Source: an uncultured Acidobacteriota bacterium (lineage in GTDB: Bacteria > Acidobacteriota > UBA6911 > RPQK01 > JAPXNP01). From it: a stretch of 64,000 nt of DNA. The notes under the pieces were generated by a model. That model did no database searches, was not told the DNA's origin, and saw only the letters and a list, made by a program, of their open reading frames with translations. Of the stretch, positions 1-10,129 are shown one piece after another. Position numbers and translations under genes: made by a program. Every line of letters starts with the position of its first letter. The first letter of the stretch is position 1. The stretch spans positions 416,001 to 480,000 of the forward strand of contig CAVZRV010000008.1 of the NCBI GenBank assembly GCA_963777605.1, in the 5' to 3' direction.

Positions 1-40
1 GCAGCAGCGTTACCAAAAGAGAGCAGAAAACCCTTTTCAT
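1..40 (-). CDS. 5' end of a secreted protein, third gene of the ECF operon (runs off the window)
   Basis: ATG at 40-38 overlaps the anti-sigma stop; reads MKRVFCSLLVTLL, signal-peptide-like. Confidence 0.55.
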   Translation of the reverse strand, partial: MKRVFCSLLVTLL

Positions 41-555
41 TGTGTTACTCCCCCAAGCTCGAAAGGATTCCCAGGCTCTTGTTGACTCAGACCGAAGAAT
101 GGATTCTGCTCACCTGATTGACGCAGAAAGGGATTCCCGGACACTTCCATCGTGTAGGAATCCAACTGCATCAGACTGTCCGGATCGATCGACTGCGGAG
201 AGCGAGTTTGGATTGCCACAACTCCCGTGACCAACAGCAGCAGACTCGCGCCGAGGGCATAACGGAGTTGGGGAATTCCGAACCAGGCCAACAGGCCGCT
301 CCGGGAGGACTGGGAGGATCGAATCTCCTCCTGCTCCTGGATCCGGGCCTGAATCCGTTGCCACATGAAGGGCGGCGGATCCAGTTCGACCTGCCGGGCC
401 GACTCGAAAACCTCACTCACCGGAGTCAGTTCAGCGTGAAGACGGGCGCAGTCTGGACAAGTCTCAATGTGGAGACGCATTTCCTCTACCTTCCCGGGCG
501 GCAGTGCGCCGTCCAACCAGGCCGAGATGTCGCGTTTCCAACTGGAGCAGTTCAT
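37..555 (-). CDS. Zinc-binding (ZAS/zf-HC2) transmembrane anti-sigma factor
   Basis: N-terminal C...HxxxCxxC (HIETCPDC), one TM helix, overlaps the sigma gene stop. Confidence 0.85.
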   Translation of the reverse strand: MNCSSWKRDISAWLDGALPPGKVEEMRLHIETCPDCARLHAELTPVSEVFESARQVELDPPPFMWQRIQARIQEQEEIRSSQSSRSGLLAWFGIPQLRYALGASLLLLVTGVVAIQTRSPQSIDPDSLMQLDSYTMEVSGNPFLRQSGEQNPFFGLSQQEPGNPFELGGVTQ

Positions 556-1157
556 CGTTTTCTTCGAGATTTTGCCAAGTAGTCTGTAATTGCATCTTTC
601 ACCACCAGGCGAGCCCGGTAGATGTCGGTTTTCACCGACAAGAGCGACCGGCCTACAACCTTGGTGATGTCGTCGTAACTCATCTTCTCGAATACCGCGA
701 GTACGAATACGTCTCTGTATTTCGGTTTGAGAGACTGCAGACTGGAACGAACGACCTGGTGCAACTCATCGGAAAGAACCCGACGTTCCGGATCCAGTTC
801 CTGATTGTCGTCAGCGAGAAAATCGTAGTAACCGATCTCCTCGTTGTCGATCGAAACTTCCGGTCGCTTTTTGGTTCGCCTGAGCCTCTGATAAACTTCA
901 TTTCGCGCAATCCTGTAGAGCCAGAATTTGAACTGGCCCGGGTCCCTCAGGTTGGAAAGCTCTCCATAAACCTTAAGGAACGTCTCCTGTGTCAGATCTT
1001 CAGCCTCGTCCGGCGATCCGATAAGTCGCCAGATGAAGTTATAGATCGGCTTTACAAAGTAGGAATAAAGCTGATGGAAATCTTCCAGTGAGCCATTGCG
1101 GGCCCGTTCCACGATTTCAGCAAGTTCCTGAGCACTGAACTCTGACGACATCGGCAA
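552..1157 (-). CDS. ECF (sigma-70 group 4) RNA polymerase sigma factor
   Basis: AEDLTQETFLKVY and WLYRIARN (region 2); region 4 SYDDI...SVKTDIYRAR. Confidence 0.93.
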   Translation of the reverse strand: MPMSSEFSAQELAEIVERARNGSLEDFHQLYSYFVKPIYNFIWRLIGSPDEAEDLTQETFLKVYGELSNLRDPGQFKFWLYRIARNEVYQRLRRTKKRPEVSIDNEEIGYYDFLADDNQELDPERRVLSDELHQVVRSSLQSLKPKYRDVFVLAVFEKMSYDDITKVVGRSLLSVKTDIYRARLVVKDAITDYLAKSRRKR

Positions 1158-1470
1158 ACGAGGAGTTTACCCATCAGAACTGCCAACTGCCAAATCGCGG
1201 TCAGACTCTGCATCAGCCGTCCCTACCCAAAAGCGTCACTAAAAGATGGCGCAGGGAACTGAAAGTTGCAAAAGAAGTGGAGGAACCGTCAATCAATCCT
1301 CGTGAGCAGAGTGGAACCACCAGACCACCTGATGAATCTGCCGGCGCCAGCTCCCCGCACTCCCGACGGCAGGCAAGACTAAAGTTTGCCAACTGATTGG
1401 GCGATCAATTATAGTGGATCGGAGTGTCTTGGGAAGAGGTGCATCTTCCCGGTCCCAAATGGTGCCTCTT

Positions 1471-3073
1471 ATGAAGCAGCGTCGCTGGCGAAATATAGTT
1501 TTAATTGGGACTGGAAGGCTGATCCGTTACAGCGTGGCGGCAGTGTTGCTGCTTTCGCTCCCCACATTCAGCTACCTTGTTCCAAAATTCGATCGCCCGG
1601 ATGCACCGGTATCGGGCAATGTGGATGCCGGTGACAGTTCCTCTGCTCGCGTTGCGCTCTCGAGCGATTCCGGTGGAGCCTACTCCTCCCGTGCCTCTCT
1701 CTCAGGCATGCAGTTTCCCTCGGGCCGTGCCAGGTTTGTGTCGGCTCCGCGAGCCTCTTCGCTGAATCCAGATCGCTCGGGGAAGAGTGATGAGCGGCCC
1801 GGATGGGGTGGAAGACGGGGTCCCGGCGAGCGGACTGGAAAGGGACGCCGAGCAGTTCTGGAGGGGGCGGCCGCTGGGGCGGATCCGTCGCGTGAATCCG
1901 CTTCCGCAGCGAGTCGATCAAAAACCGGGATCATGGATGAACTGGCCCGGATGGAAAATGACTACCAGGCGGCCGGCAGTTCCCTCTTCCCGGGAGGAAT
2001 GAACTACCGGGACAGCGGGAGCAACCCGTTTGTTGAGGCGCTGGGCTACCAGTCCGGTCTCTCCGGCGGGAGCCAGGGCGGCAACACCGATTCCGGAAAT
2101 ACTCGGTGGAGATACCAGCGGGGGCGGGGACAGTTCCGGCGGAGGTTCCTCCGGTGGTGATGGCGGCGGTGATTCCGGCAATTCGGGCGGGGGTGGGAGC
2201 AATCCTCCTCCTCCACCAAACCCTCCCCCGGTCGGCCCGGGCGAGAATGACTTTGAGAACCGGTTTCTGGTCGTCGGCCAATTGGACGAGTCCAACCCCG
2301 CCGACATCACTTTCCAGGCGGTTCGGGATATTGGCGGGAATTTCACCCTCGACAATGGGCAGCAGTTGAGCCTTCTGTCCGGCGTGGTGGGATTCTCCCG
2401 CCCCTATCTGCTTCTGAATTCCCGCGAGCAGTTGACGAGCGGGGACTATGGGCGCGACCGAAGGATGGACTATTTTATCGTTCGCCCGACCGATCTTGGT
2501 TCGGCGGTGGAAGGATATCGTTTCCCTGGTGGGGACCTTCGCCAGTGGGCGGCGGGATTCTTCCTCTACGATCTGGTTCGCTCGGTCGCCCTGTTCGATT
2601 ACAATGGAGACGGTATTGACGAGTTGGCAGTTGCCTTCGTCAAGAATCCGCACCTGGTCATTTATCAGATTTCCAATGGCGGGTTTTCCTATCTTCGGGA
2701 GCTGACGCTGCCGTTCGCCCCGGCGGTAATGGCAACTACTCATGATTCAGGCCCCTCGGGAGCAGAATACCTGCAGGTCTTCGACGAGCCCCTGGAGCTT
2801 TCGGTCACGTTCAATAGCCGTTATCCGGGTACCTATACCTTTTCGCGCCCCCCGACGTTTCGCGACAAGCGACTGGTGAAGGTCGATTCAATTTCCGGGA
2901 ACGCGACTCGAACGTATCGACTGGTCTGGTACCAGGATCGCATATTGCTGCTCCAGCCGGACCTGGGCAGTGCCCAAGTGCTGGTCAACCTTGATCTTTC
3001 CGTCGGATTCCCAACGGTAATCGTCGGCGATTACGAGTCGAACAACAGACAGCAGGTTCTTGTGCTGCCTTAG
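1471..3073 (+). CDS. Membrane-anchored/secreted protein with Gly/Ser/Pro linker and C-terminal FG-GAP/VCBS-like domain; frameshifted near 2100
   Basis: ORF 1414-2160 (N-terminal hydrophobic helix) and ORF 2030-3073 (GGDSSGGG...PPPPP, DYNGDGIDELAV) join across the Gly-rich linker. Confidence 0.6.
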
Positions 3074-3101
3074 TACCCTCATTTCAAGTCAAGAACGGGA
3101 C

Positions 3102-3252
3102 TCGCCGGGCAGGCTGCCCGGGCGACATACCAGGCAGGGCTGCCCGGATTACTCCCACCCAATCGCGCCGGTTCCTCCAGATGAACCAGGTTCTCCAATT
3201 CTTCCAATCCTTCCAGTTCTTCCAGCTCATCCCAATTGAAGTTTCGAGTCAG
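3102..3252 (-). repeat. Dispersed intergenic repeat: double hairpin plus 9-bp tandem units
   Basis: Reverse complement matches 20483-20534 and 20759-20820; 9-mers ttccaattc/ttccaatcc/ttccagttc/ttccagctc at ~3193-3230. Confidence 0.75.
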
Positions 3253-3404
3253 AGTTGAGACTTTTTGCCCCTTCAGGCATCTTCTTGCGCCGGACACGGA
3301 GCGTCCAGACGAGTCCCATGGGCGATCCGATCCTGGAAGCCGGGGCCGTGCAAGTCCTTACGGGACCTGCACAGGACCGTGGCCGGGTGGTTCAATAACG
3401 GCTG

Positions 3405-4049
3405 GTGGACTCTCAAACGGGAGGCCTTCATATCGTGAAAATTAGATGGGTGGCAATTTGCTTCAGTATTTTTTGGGGCACTTCGTTTGTAACCTTGGGT
3501 TTGGCCGGGGAACAAGGGACTGCTGCGCCGGTCTTCGTACAGGAAGCAGGGTCGTCGGCCTACCGGGCGGTGTTCGCACAGTACCTGGCGGTGATCCCTA
3601 ACGAGGCCGATCCGACGCTTCAGGTCGACTGTGCCATCTCAGTGAGCAACGTCTGTAAAGCGCCTTTGCCCCTTTCACTGTTTATTGGAGACAGTGCCGA
3701 AAACGCCCCCACGAGCGGGCGTATCTCTCTGTATTTGTACAACATGGATGGAACGGAGATCGTCTACCAAACCGGTCCTGATTCTCCGGGGGACGGATTG
3801 AATCCGGACGGGAGCCTCGGGTCCGGGCAAACCTGGACGGTGCGTCTCGCGGAGATCCTGGCGGCTGCCGAAGGCAAGGCCGAAGCGGACATCCGGTTTC
3901 GGGGATATGGCTGGGTTCTTTCCGATTTCGACTGCCTGGCGGGAACCTACAGCAACACTGTTTTCGGGGTCGGTTTTACCCAGTCATATGAAATGCTTCC
4001 CGCGATGGGGCAGGGTGGCAATTTCGGCGGAGTCATTATTCCGAAGTGA
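3405..4049 (+). CDS. Secreted hypothetical protein, beta-rich surface-protein-like domain
   Basis: Signal-like N-terminus; AISVSN...LYLYN.DG...LAEIL...FRGYGWVLSDF pattern. Confidence 0.65.
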   Translation: MDSQTGGLHIVKIRWVAICFSIFWGTSFVTLGLAGEQGTAAPVFVQEAGSSAYRAVFAQYLAVIPNEADPTLQVDCAISVSNVCKAPLPLSLFIGDSAENAPTSGRISLYLYNMDGTEIVYQTGPDSPGDGLNPDGSLGSGQTWTVRLAEILAAAEGKAEADIRFRGYGWVLSDFDCLAGTYSNTVFGVGFTQSYEMLPAMGQGGNFGGVIIPK

Positions 4050-4932
4050 CGCTGAATCCCGCCGTCGGCTCGAGGAGACCCTTGCGGAATCCAGCCGACC
4101 AGGCCGTGCACGCAGCCAGGATCAACGGTGATAACAGCAATGATCGAGCGCCGGCTGCGGGGCTGGATCGGGTGACGCGGGCGACGATCGCAGGCGTGCG
4201 ATAGAAGGGGAGCAGCCAGGACGCCAGAGGAAGCCTGGCCAGTCCCGAGCCGGTCATCGACGCCGTTTGCCGGACGTAGCCGGCCCAGAATCCCAGGCCG
4301 GAGAGATGTTCCAGGATCTCCTTCCAGCGAGTTCGGTGATAGTGAGCAATGCCAGCCCTGGACTCGAAATATATTCCCTCCCGGATGCGGTGAAAGAATA
4401 GCCGGTCTTCCGATGCGGGGAGGTTCTCCGGAAAACCTCCTGACGATTCGAAGAACTTCCGGGTGACAAGCAGGTTGGAACTGGACAAAAAGGGACGCGA
4501 TCCCCCGCGGTGTCCCGGCAGGAACTCCGAAAATTCGACCCAGTGGAGCACCCTGGAAGCGGCGGTGGTCGGGTTGGCGTTGTCGATGAATCCGCCGACC
4601 ACGCCGGCGTCTCCGATCCGGGTCAGCCGGGCGCTCATCCGGAGCAGCCAGTCCGGATGGGCAGCCGCGTCCGCGTCGATAAAGGCCAACCGGTCTCCTC
4701 GAGCCAGTTCAGCTCCGAGGTTGCGTGCCGCTCCCGGGTAAAGCCGGACCGCCGAGTGGTGGACCCGAACGGTTGGGAAGTGAACCTTGATCCAGTCGGT
4801 GACCGGATTCTCGGACGAATCGACCACAATCACTTCGAAATCGGGGGCCGGCCGCTGGGAGAAGATCGACTTGAGCGTGAACCCGAGAGTCCGCCGACTC
4901 CGGTAGCAGGGCACGATGAAGGAAACGGTCAT
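4036..4932 (-). CDS. Glycosyltransferase family 2
   Basis: VSFIVPCY, VIVVDS, GAARNLG, FIDAD (DxD), SEDRLF; start placed at MTVSF. Confidence 0.9.
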   Translation of the reverse strand: MTVSFIVPCYRSRRTLGFTLKSIFSQRPAPDFEVIVVDSSENPVTDWIKVHFPTVRVHHSAVRLYPGAARNLGAELARGDRLAFIDADAAAHPDWLLRMSARLTRIGDAGVVGGFIDNANPTTAASRVLHWVEFSEFLPGHRGGSRPFLSSSNLLVTRKFFESSGGFPENLPASEDRLFFHRIREGIYFESRAGIAHYHRTRWKEILEHLSGLGFWAGYVRQTASMTGSGLARLPLASWLLPFYRTPAIVARVTRSSPAAGARSLLLSPLILAACTAWSAGFRKGLLEPTAGFSVTSE

Positions 4933-5001
4933 TGATCTATCCCCTGCTTTGGACCCATCTCCACAAGAGTAATCCCGCAGTGCGGTGATGCGCAAAGGTG
5001 C

Positions 5002-5898
5002 TCATTCGGGCGGTTTTCTGCCACCTTCCCGAAAGCCATCCCTAACCCCGCGGGCGATGCTGAGAAGCCTCGTCCGCCTCAAGGTGACGAGGTTGAAGAC
5101 AAGGCTGGCGAGCAGGGTCGCTGCCCAGGTCATCCACCGGAGCGCACCCGATTGATGCTTACACAGGAACAGCACGGTGTTCTTGCGAATCCAGTAGGTC
5201 TTGAGCCCGCGGCGACCGCGGGTCGAGTGGCCCCCGACGTGAACGGCGCGGGCGGCGGGACAGAAGTAGGCGGGCAGGCCTGCCTGTTCCAACCGGTACA
5301 AAAGGTCGATCTCCTCGTGGTACATGAAAAAGCGCCGGTCGAACCCCCCGATCCTGCGAATGACATCCCGGTGAATCAGCAGAACGGAACCCAGCAGGAG
5401 TTGCACCCTCCGCACGCCTTCCCCGGCCACTTTCTCCGGCTGGTTCTCTCCGTGAAAACGGCAAAGCACGTGAGTGAACGTGATCTCGCCCCAGGCTGCC
5501 TCCAGCCGGTCGGGCAGGTCGGCGCGAATAATCTTCGGCCCGTACACTCCCGGCCCGTGGGCCAGGGCCGCGTCCACGAGCCTGCCGATGGCGTTCTTCT
5601 CAAGGGTCACGTCGTTGTTGAGGACCAGGAAGAAGAGGGGGCCCTCTGCGGGCGCGGCGTTGTAGTCGGCGATCGCCCGGTTGATGGCTTCACCGTAGCC
5701 CAGGTTTTCGCTGTTGAGCAACGTTCTGACTCCCCGTTGCCGGGCGATTTCGACGGACCCGTCTTCGGACGCATTGTCAGCTACCACGACTTCCAGGTCC
5801 GGGTAGTTGGTCTTCATGAGGGCATCGAGAGTCTCTGCCAGAACCTCGGCGCCGTTCCAGTTGACGCAGACCGCTAGCACTTTTGGAGCATTCGGCAT
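5002..5898 (-). CDS. Glycosyltransferase family 2 (WbbL/rhamnosyltransferase-like)
   Basis: VNWN, DNASEDGS, NLGYG..IN, LNND, FFMYHEEIDL. Confidence 0.9.
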   Translation of the reverse strand: MPNAPKVLAVCVNWNGAEVLAETLDALMKTNYPDLEVVVADNASEDGSVEIARQRGVRTLLNSENLGYGEAINRAIADYNAAPAEGPLFFLVLNNDVTLEKNAIGRLVDAALAHGPGVYGPKIIRADLPDRLEAAWGEITFTHVLCRFHGENQPEKVAGEGVRRVQLLLGSVLLIHRDVIRRIGGFDRRFFMYHEEIDLLYRLEQAGLPAYFCPAARAVHVGGHSTRGRRGLKTYWIRKNTVLFLCKHQSGALRWMTWAATLLASLVFNLVTLRRTRLLSIARGVRDGFREGGRKPPE

Positions 5899-6839
5899 AG
5901 GTCACCGGTTCTCAGGGTTTTTGTTCTGCTCAACTTCCTGCGCTTCTGCAGGGCTTTTCCACTGAGAGCCAGGCCGGCGGCGAGTCCGCGCACGAAATCG
6001 ACCGTGAATCCCGCCTTGAGCAGATGAAACAGAAAACTCTTGGCCCACCCGAAAGCGTAAAGTGGGAGGTAGCGAATGGGCCCGTAGGTCAGCATGAGTT
6101 GCCAGCGATTCCGGGTGATCCAGAAGACCCGGTCGGGTGAATAGAATGCCGAATCACCCAACGGATCACGGACCCGGTCTGGATCGGAAGCGGCCTCGAT
6201 GTGGTACACGACCGCCTCGGGCAGGTAGAGACAGCGAAAACCGTGAAGCTGGGCGCGGAGGCTGAGTTCGACGTCTTCCAGGTAGAGGTGGTAGCCCTCG
6301 TCGAAAAGGCCGGCCACGTCGAATAGTTCCCGCCGGTAGAAGGCTGCCCCGGCGCTGGCCCCAAGCACTTCTTCCCGCTGACGAAACGTGTCGGTTCCTT
6401 CGCCAAATCCCCGCTTGTAGGGAAGCCCGAACCGGCTGTAACAGTCTCCTGTGCTGTCGAGCCGGTCCCGCCGGTCATAGTTGACCATCCGCGATGCGAA
6501 GAATCCGTACGCGGGAAGGCTCGTCAGGGCCGCAAGTCCGGACGCGATCCATGCGGGATCGGCTTCCGTGTCGTTGTTGAGCAGTGCGAGGAAAGGAGAA
6601 TCGGTTTCCCTGATGCCCTGGTTGACGGCTCTGGCAAATCCCAGGTTGGTGGAGTTGCGGATCAGCCGGACCTGCGGGTAGCAGGCCTCAATCGTCTCGG
6701 CCGTGCCGTCGGTGGATCCATTGTCGATCACGACCAGGTTGGACTCAACCGTCTGGGCTGCCAGCGAGTCGAGGCAGCGAAGAAGCAACTCGCAGCGGTT
6801 CCAGGTTGGAATGATGACCGATATGGCAGCCTCAGGCAT
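5874..6839 (-). CDS. Glycosyltransferase family 2
   Basis: SVIIPTWN, DNGSTDGT, NLGFARAVNQG, LLNND, YLEDVELSLR; RBS before MPEAA. Confidence 0.9.
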   Translation of the reverse strand: MPEAAISVIIPTWNRCELLLRCLDSLAAQTVESNLVVIDNGSTDGTAETIEACYPQVRLIRNSTNLGFARAVNQGIRETDSPFLALLNNDTEADPAWIASGLAALTSLPAYGFFASRMVNYDRRDRLDSTGDCYSRFGLPYKRGFGEGTDTFRQREEVLGASAGAAFYRRELFDVAGLFDEGYHLYLEDVELSLRAQLHGFRCLYLPEAVVYHIEAASDPDRVRDPLGDSAFYSPDRVFWITRNRWQLMLTYGPIRYLPLYAFGWAKSFLFHLLKAGFTVDFVRGLAAGLALSGKALQKRRKLSRTKTLRTGDLCRMLQKC

Positions 6840-6902
6840 CCATCTTCCTCGGTTGAACGATTCGACCTGACGGGCAAGGCACAATCCTCTGGACGACGGG
6901 TT

Positions 6903-7859
6903 TCACAGTCGGCCTCCACTGCGGCCGCCTGTCGGAGTCTTCCTGCCGCCCTCTTCGCGCCCGCGCCCCAGTCCCCGAAGATAGTAGTAGGTCATGAGGT
7001 CAGGGTAGAACCTCGACAGGTTTGGCCAGCCGGAAGACTCGAAGAGCCTGCAGAGGCACGTCAGGGCCGACATGCGGAAGCGGTCGGCGATCCTGTACTC
7101 TGGAATCCGGTCTATGTTCAGGAACTCGGCCATCTCGGGGTGCTTCATGAAGAAGTTCCAGGCCGATCGACCAACCTTCTCCTGGCGTTGGGCAAAGGAT
7201 CGCAGGTCGGTCGGGTGGTGGTGGAACGCCTTGGCCTCCGGGGCGTAAACCAGCCGCATGTCCCGGTCCCCCAGTCGCAGACTGAGTTCCATGTCTTCCC
7301 AACCGTATTCCTGGAAATCCTCGTCGAATCCTCCCGACTCGAGAAAGAAGCGCCGCGACATCGATATGTTGCTGGTATAGAAAAAGTTGAATGGGATGTC
7401 GTCAGGATCGCTGATGAGCGAAAAGCCGAACTGCCATCCCTGTTCTCCGATGTAGTCCAGAAACCGGGTTCTCCGGATTGAGTCCGGCCACGTGGTGTAC
7501 CCGATGACGACGACCCGGGGACCGGCTCCGTGACGGGAGTGGCACTCTGCGTGTTCTTTGAGGAAACCGGGCGTCGGTACGATGTCGTCACCAAGAAAGA
7601 GAATCTGCTCTCCTCCAGCACTCCTGGTTCCCAGGTTGCGGGCCGCTCCCTGCTTACGATTGGGTTGGAAGAGGTAGTGGAGGGGAACCGGAAAGCCGTC
7701 CTGGAGACCGGCAACGAGAGCCGGTGTCTCGTCCTTCGACCCGTCGTCCACGACGATCACTTCAAACGGCGGAGCCTCCTCCTGTCGGGAAAGAGACCGC
7801 AGGGTCAGGGCGAGGATCTCCGCGCGGTTAAAGGTTGGGATGACGACACTAAAATGCAC
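6903..7859 (-). CDS. Glycosyltransferase family 2
   Basis: SVVIPTFNR, VDDGSKD, GAARNLG, FLGDD, YGWEDMEL; GTG start at 7859. Confidence 0.9.
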   Translation of the reverse strand: MHFSVVIPTFNRAEILALTLRSLSRQEEAPPFEVIVVDDGSKDETPALVAGLQDGFPVPLHYLFQPNRKQGAARNLGTRSAGGEQILFLGDDIVPTPGFLKEHAECHSRHGAGPRVVVIGYTTWPDSIRRTRFLDYIGEQGWQFGFSLISDPDDIPFNFFYTSNISMSRRFFLESGGFDEDFQEYGWEDMELSLRLGDRDMRLVYAPEAKAFHHHPTDLRSFAQRQEKVGRSAWNFFMKHPEMAEFLNIDRIPEYRIADRFRMSALTCLCRLFESSGWPNLSRFYPDLMTYYYLRGLGRGREEGGRKTPTGGRSGGRL

Positions 7860-9174
7860 GCCGAACTGCCTCCCGGGCCTTCTTGATTGCCCTCGCGGGA
7901 CCTTCTGTTTTCCAAATGTTGAAAAACGTTCGAATTCGACCGCTGCGAGGGACATCGGGGGGATGTTTGATGGCCTGGACGCCGGTCCACTGAAGCTGCT
8001 TGAGCTCATCCCTGACTCTGCGGAGCCGGTCCGGTTCGCGGTCGATGAGGTCGTCGGCGATGGCGCGATAGGCTTTCACGTCGAACAGGAGGTCGAGCCC
8101 GAGGCTCTCCAGGAGATCCGATTCGTCCCGGATGTAATCCGGGTCCTCGACGATCGCTCGAAGCGGATCGCCAAACAGTTTGAGGATCTCCCGGTCGGTG
8201 CGCTGCCTGAGCTGCTGGACCGATTTGCGCCGAGCCATCAGCGCGGGGAGGTGGCGGAGAACGTCATCGACAGCGACCAGGTGGTTGAACGCATCGTCCA
8301 AATCATACTCGAGCAGTGGATCTCCGGCCGCGGAACGCTGTTTCGTCGTGGACCAGAGATAATAGGACTCCCTTTCGACCCCGGAGAGGCGAAGGGTCCG
8401 CCTTATCGCCATTACGATTGCGGCGGGCAGGATCCGTCGCAGGTTCTCGTCCTCGTAATTCTTGATGATGGTCATCAACGCATTGCGATGCATCAGGTAG
8501 CGCATCTTCGAGGTGTGGTGGGCCCGAAACGTACCGTGGCCGCGATGATAGCAGACCGACTCCTTGCAGAACCGAACCTGGTGACCGGAGAGCCAAATTC
8601 TCCATCCCAGATCGACATCTTCGTAGATCGCGAAGAAGTCAGGATCGAAGCCGCCCAGGTCGAGGAAGACCCGTCGATCGATCAGCATCGATCCGCCACA
8701 GGGGAACAGGGTTGCATCCTCGGAGCGGACGGAGTCGACGATTGATCCGATGTCCTTTTGCGCGGCGTAGCCGAGGTATTGCAGAGACGACCCGTTGAAG
8801 TCAATCCGGCGGCCGTCCCAGTCGAGGATCCGCGAGGCGACGCATTCAGCTGACTCGAGGGCCAGCAGTCCCTGCGAAAGCCACTCGGGGTGACAGCGCA
8901 TGTCGTTGTTGATAAAGGCGAGAAACCGTCCTCGCGCAGCTTCGGCGGCAACGTTGTTCGGTTCGGCGAAGCCGCGGTTGACCTCGTTCTGAATTACCCG
9001 GACCTGGGGGAAGTTCAGACGTACCCATTCGATGGAGTCGTCTTCGCTTCCGTTGTCGACCAGGATGATTTCGCCTGGGCCGGTCGCAACTACCGAAGGA
9101 AGCAGGTGTTCCAGGTGGTGCCTTCCGTTCCAGTTGATCGTGATGACAGAAATGTCAGAGACGGATGGGGACAT
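7849..9174 (-). CDS. Glycosyltransferase family 2 with C-terminal helical extension
   Basis: INWNG, DNGSEDDS, NRGFAEPNN, FINND, YEDVDLGWR. Confidence 0.9.
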   Translation of the reverse strand: MSPSVSDISVITINWNGRHHLEHLLPSVVATGPGEIILVDNGSEDDSIEWVRLNFPQVRVIQNEVNRGFAEPNNVAAEAARGRFLAFINNDMRCHPEWLSQGLLALESAECVASRILDWDGRRIDFNGSSLQYLGYAAQKDIGSIVDSVRSEDATLFPCGGSMLIDRRVFLDLGGFDPDFFAIYEDVDLGWRIWLSGHQVRFCKESVCYHRGHGTFRAHHTSKMRYLMHRNALMTIIKNYEDENLRRILPAAIVMAIRRTLRLSGVERESYYLWSTTKQRSAAGDPLLEYDLDDAFNHLVAVDDVLRHLPALMARRKSVQQLRQRTDREILKLFGDPLRAIVEDPDYIRDESDLLESLGLDLLFDVKAYRAIADDLIDREPDRLRRVRDELKQLQWTGVQAIKHPPDVPRSGRIRTFFNIWKTEGPARAIKKAREAVRRAF

Positions 9175-10129
9175 CTTTTCTCCGCTCGATCAAGAAATCG
9201 AGATCCTTGTCGCTTCGTTTCCTGGCGCGCTGAATTCTCCGGCGATGACGCAAGGTATCCACTATCTTCAGCAGGTTCCAGGCCAGGTTCCGAACCTGCT
9301 TGAGTTTGCGCCGGGGGCGCTGAGGAAGCAAGAGTAGGGCCGGGATCACCGACGCCAGCCGGGTAAGACTGTAGTTCTTGAGGAGGGACCGGATGTTGTT
9401 GCGTTCCCCCAGTATTTCGCGCCACAGGAACCCGCGGGACTCCCGGGTTGTCCCGCCGAAGTGGTGGTAGACGACCGCTCTTGGAGCCGTGAGAACCTCG
9501 AATCCCTGGATCCAGAACCGCCAGCACAGGTCAACGTCTTCGTGATACATGAAGAAGGTTTCATCGCAGCCTCCCGCTTCGAGCCAGGACGATTTTCGAA
9601 AAAGGGCCGCGGCGGCGGGCGCAAAGAGTACCCGCGCCGGTTCGTCATACTGCCCGCGATCCTCCTCGAACATGCCGCGGTCCCAGGTGTAACCGAGCGA
9701 GTTCATCGAACCCCCGACGCCGTTCAGGACCCGAGGGCGGTCGTGGAGCCTCATTTTTGACGCCACCGCCGCGGCCCGGGGGTGCGCGTCGGCTACCTTG
9801 ATCAGTTCGGCAAGCCAGTCCGGTTCGGTGCGAATATCGGTGTTGAGCAGGACAACGTAAGGTGTTGAAGCGAGACGGACGCCCTGGTTGGCCGCGGCCG
9901 CAAATCCGGCGTTACGTCCCATCCGGTGGAGGCGAACCCAGGGGTATTGTTCGGCGACCAGATCCGGGCTGCCGTCCGAGGAGCCGTTGTCGAGGAACAC
10001 GAACTCGGCCGCTGCTCCCACCTGCAGGCGGAGACCCGAGAACAGTTCCTCAAGGAACGGAAGGCCGTTGTAGTTGATGATTACGACCGTGGCCCGGGGC
10101 TGCGACGGGGATGCCTGGTGGTTACTCAT
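9155..10129 (-). CDS. Glycosyltransferase family 2
   Basis: VIINYNG, DNGSSDGS, NAGFAAAANQG, LLNTD, FMYHEDVDLCWR. Confidence 0.9.
   Translation of the reverse strand: MSNHQASPSQPRATVVIINYNGLPFLEELFSGLRLQVGAAAEFVFLDNGSSDGSPDLVAEQYPWVRLHRMGRNAGFAAAANQGVRLASTPYVVLLNTDIRTEPDWLAELIKVADAHPRAAAVASKMRLHDRPRVLNGVGGSMNSLGYTWDRGMFEEDRGQYDEPARVLFAPAAAALFRKSSWLEAGGCDETFFMYHEDVDLCWRFWIQGFEVLTAPRAVVYHHFGGTTRESRGFLWREILGERNNIRSLLKNYSLTRLASVIPALLLLPQRPRRKLKQVRNLAWNLLKIVDTLRHRRRIQRARKRSDKDLDFLIERRKDVPIRL

Noticed and set aside
2100-2235. GGC/GGT-rich low-complexity tract
   Set aside because: Encodes the Gly/Ser/Pro linker of the frameshifted protein; not an independent element
3079-3297. 72-aa ORF with LEE repeats
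   Set aside because: Translation of 9-bp DNA repeats that recur at ~20780 without a conserved ORF
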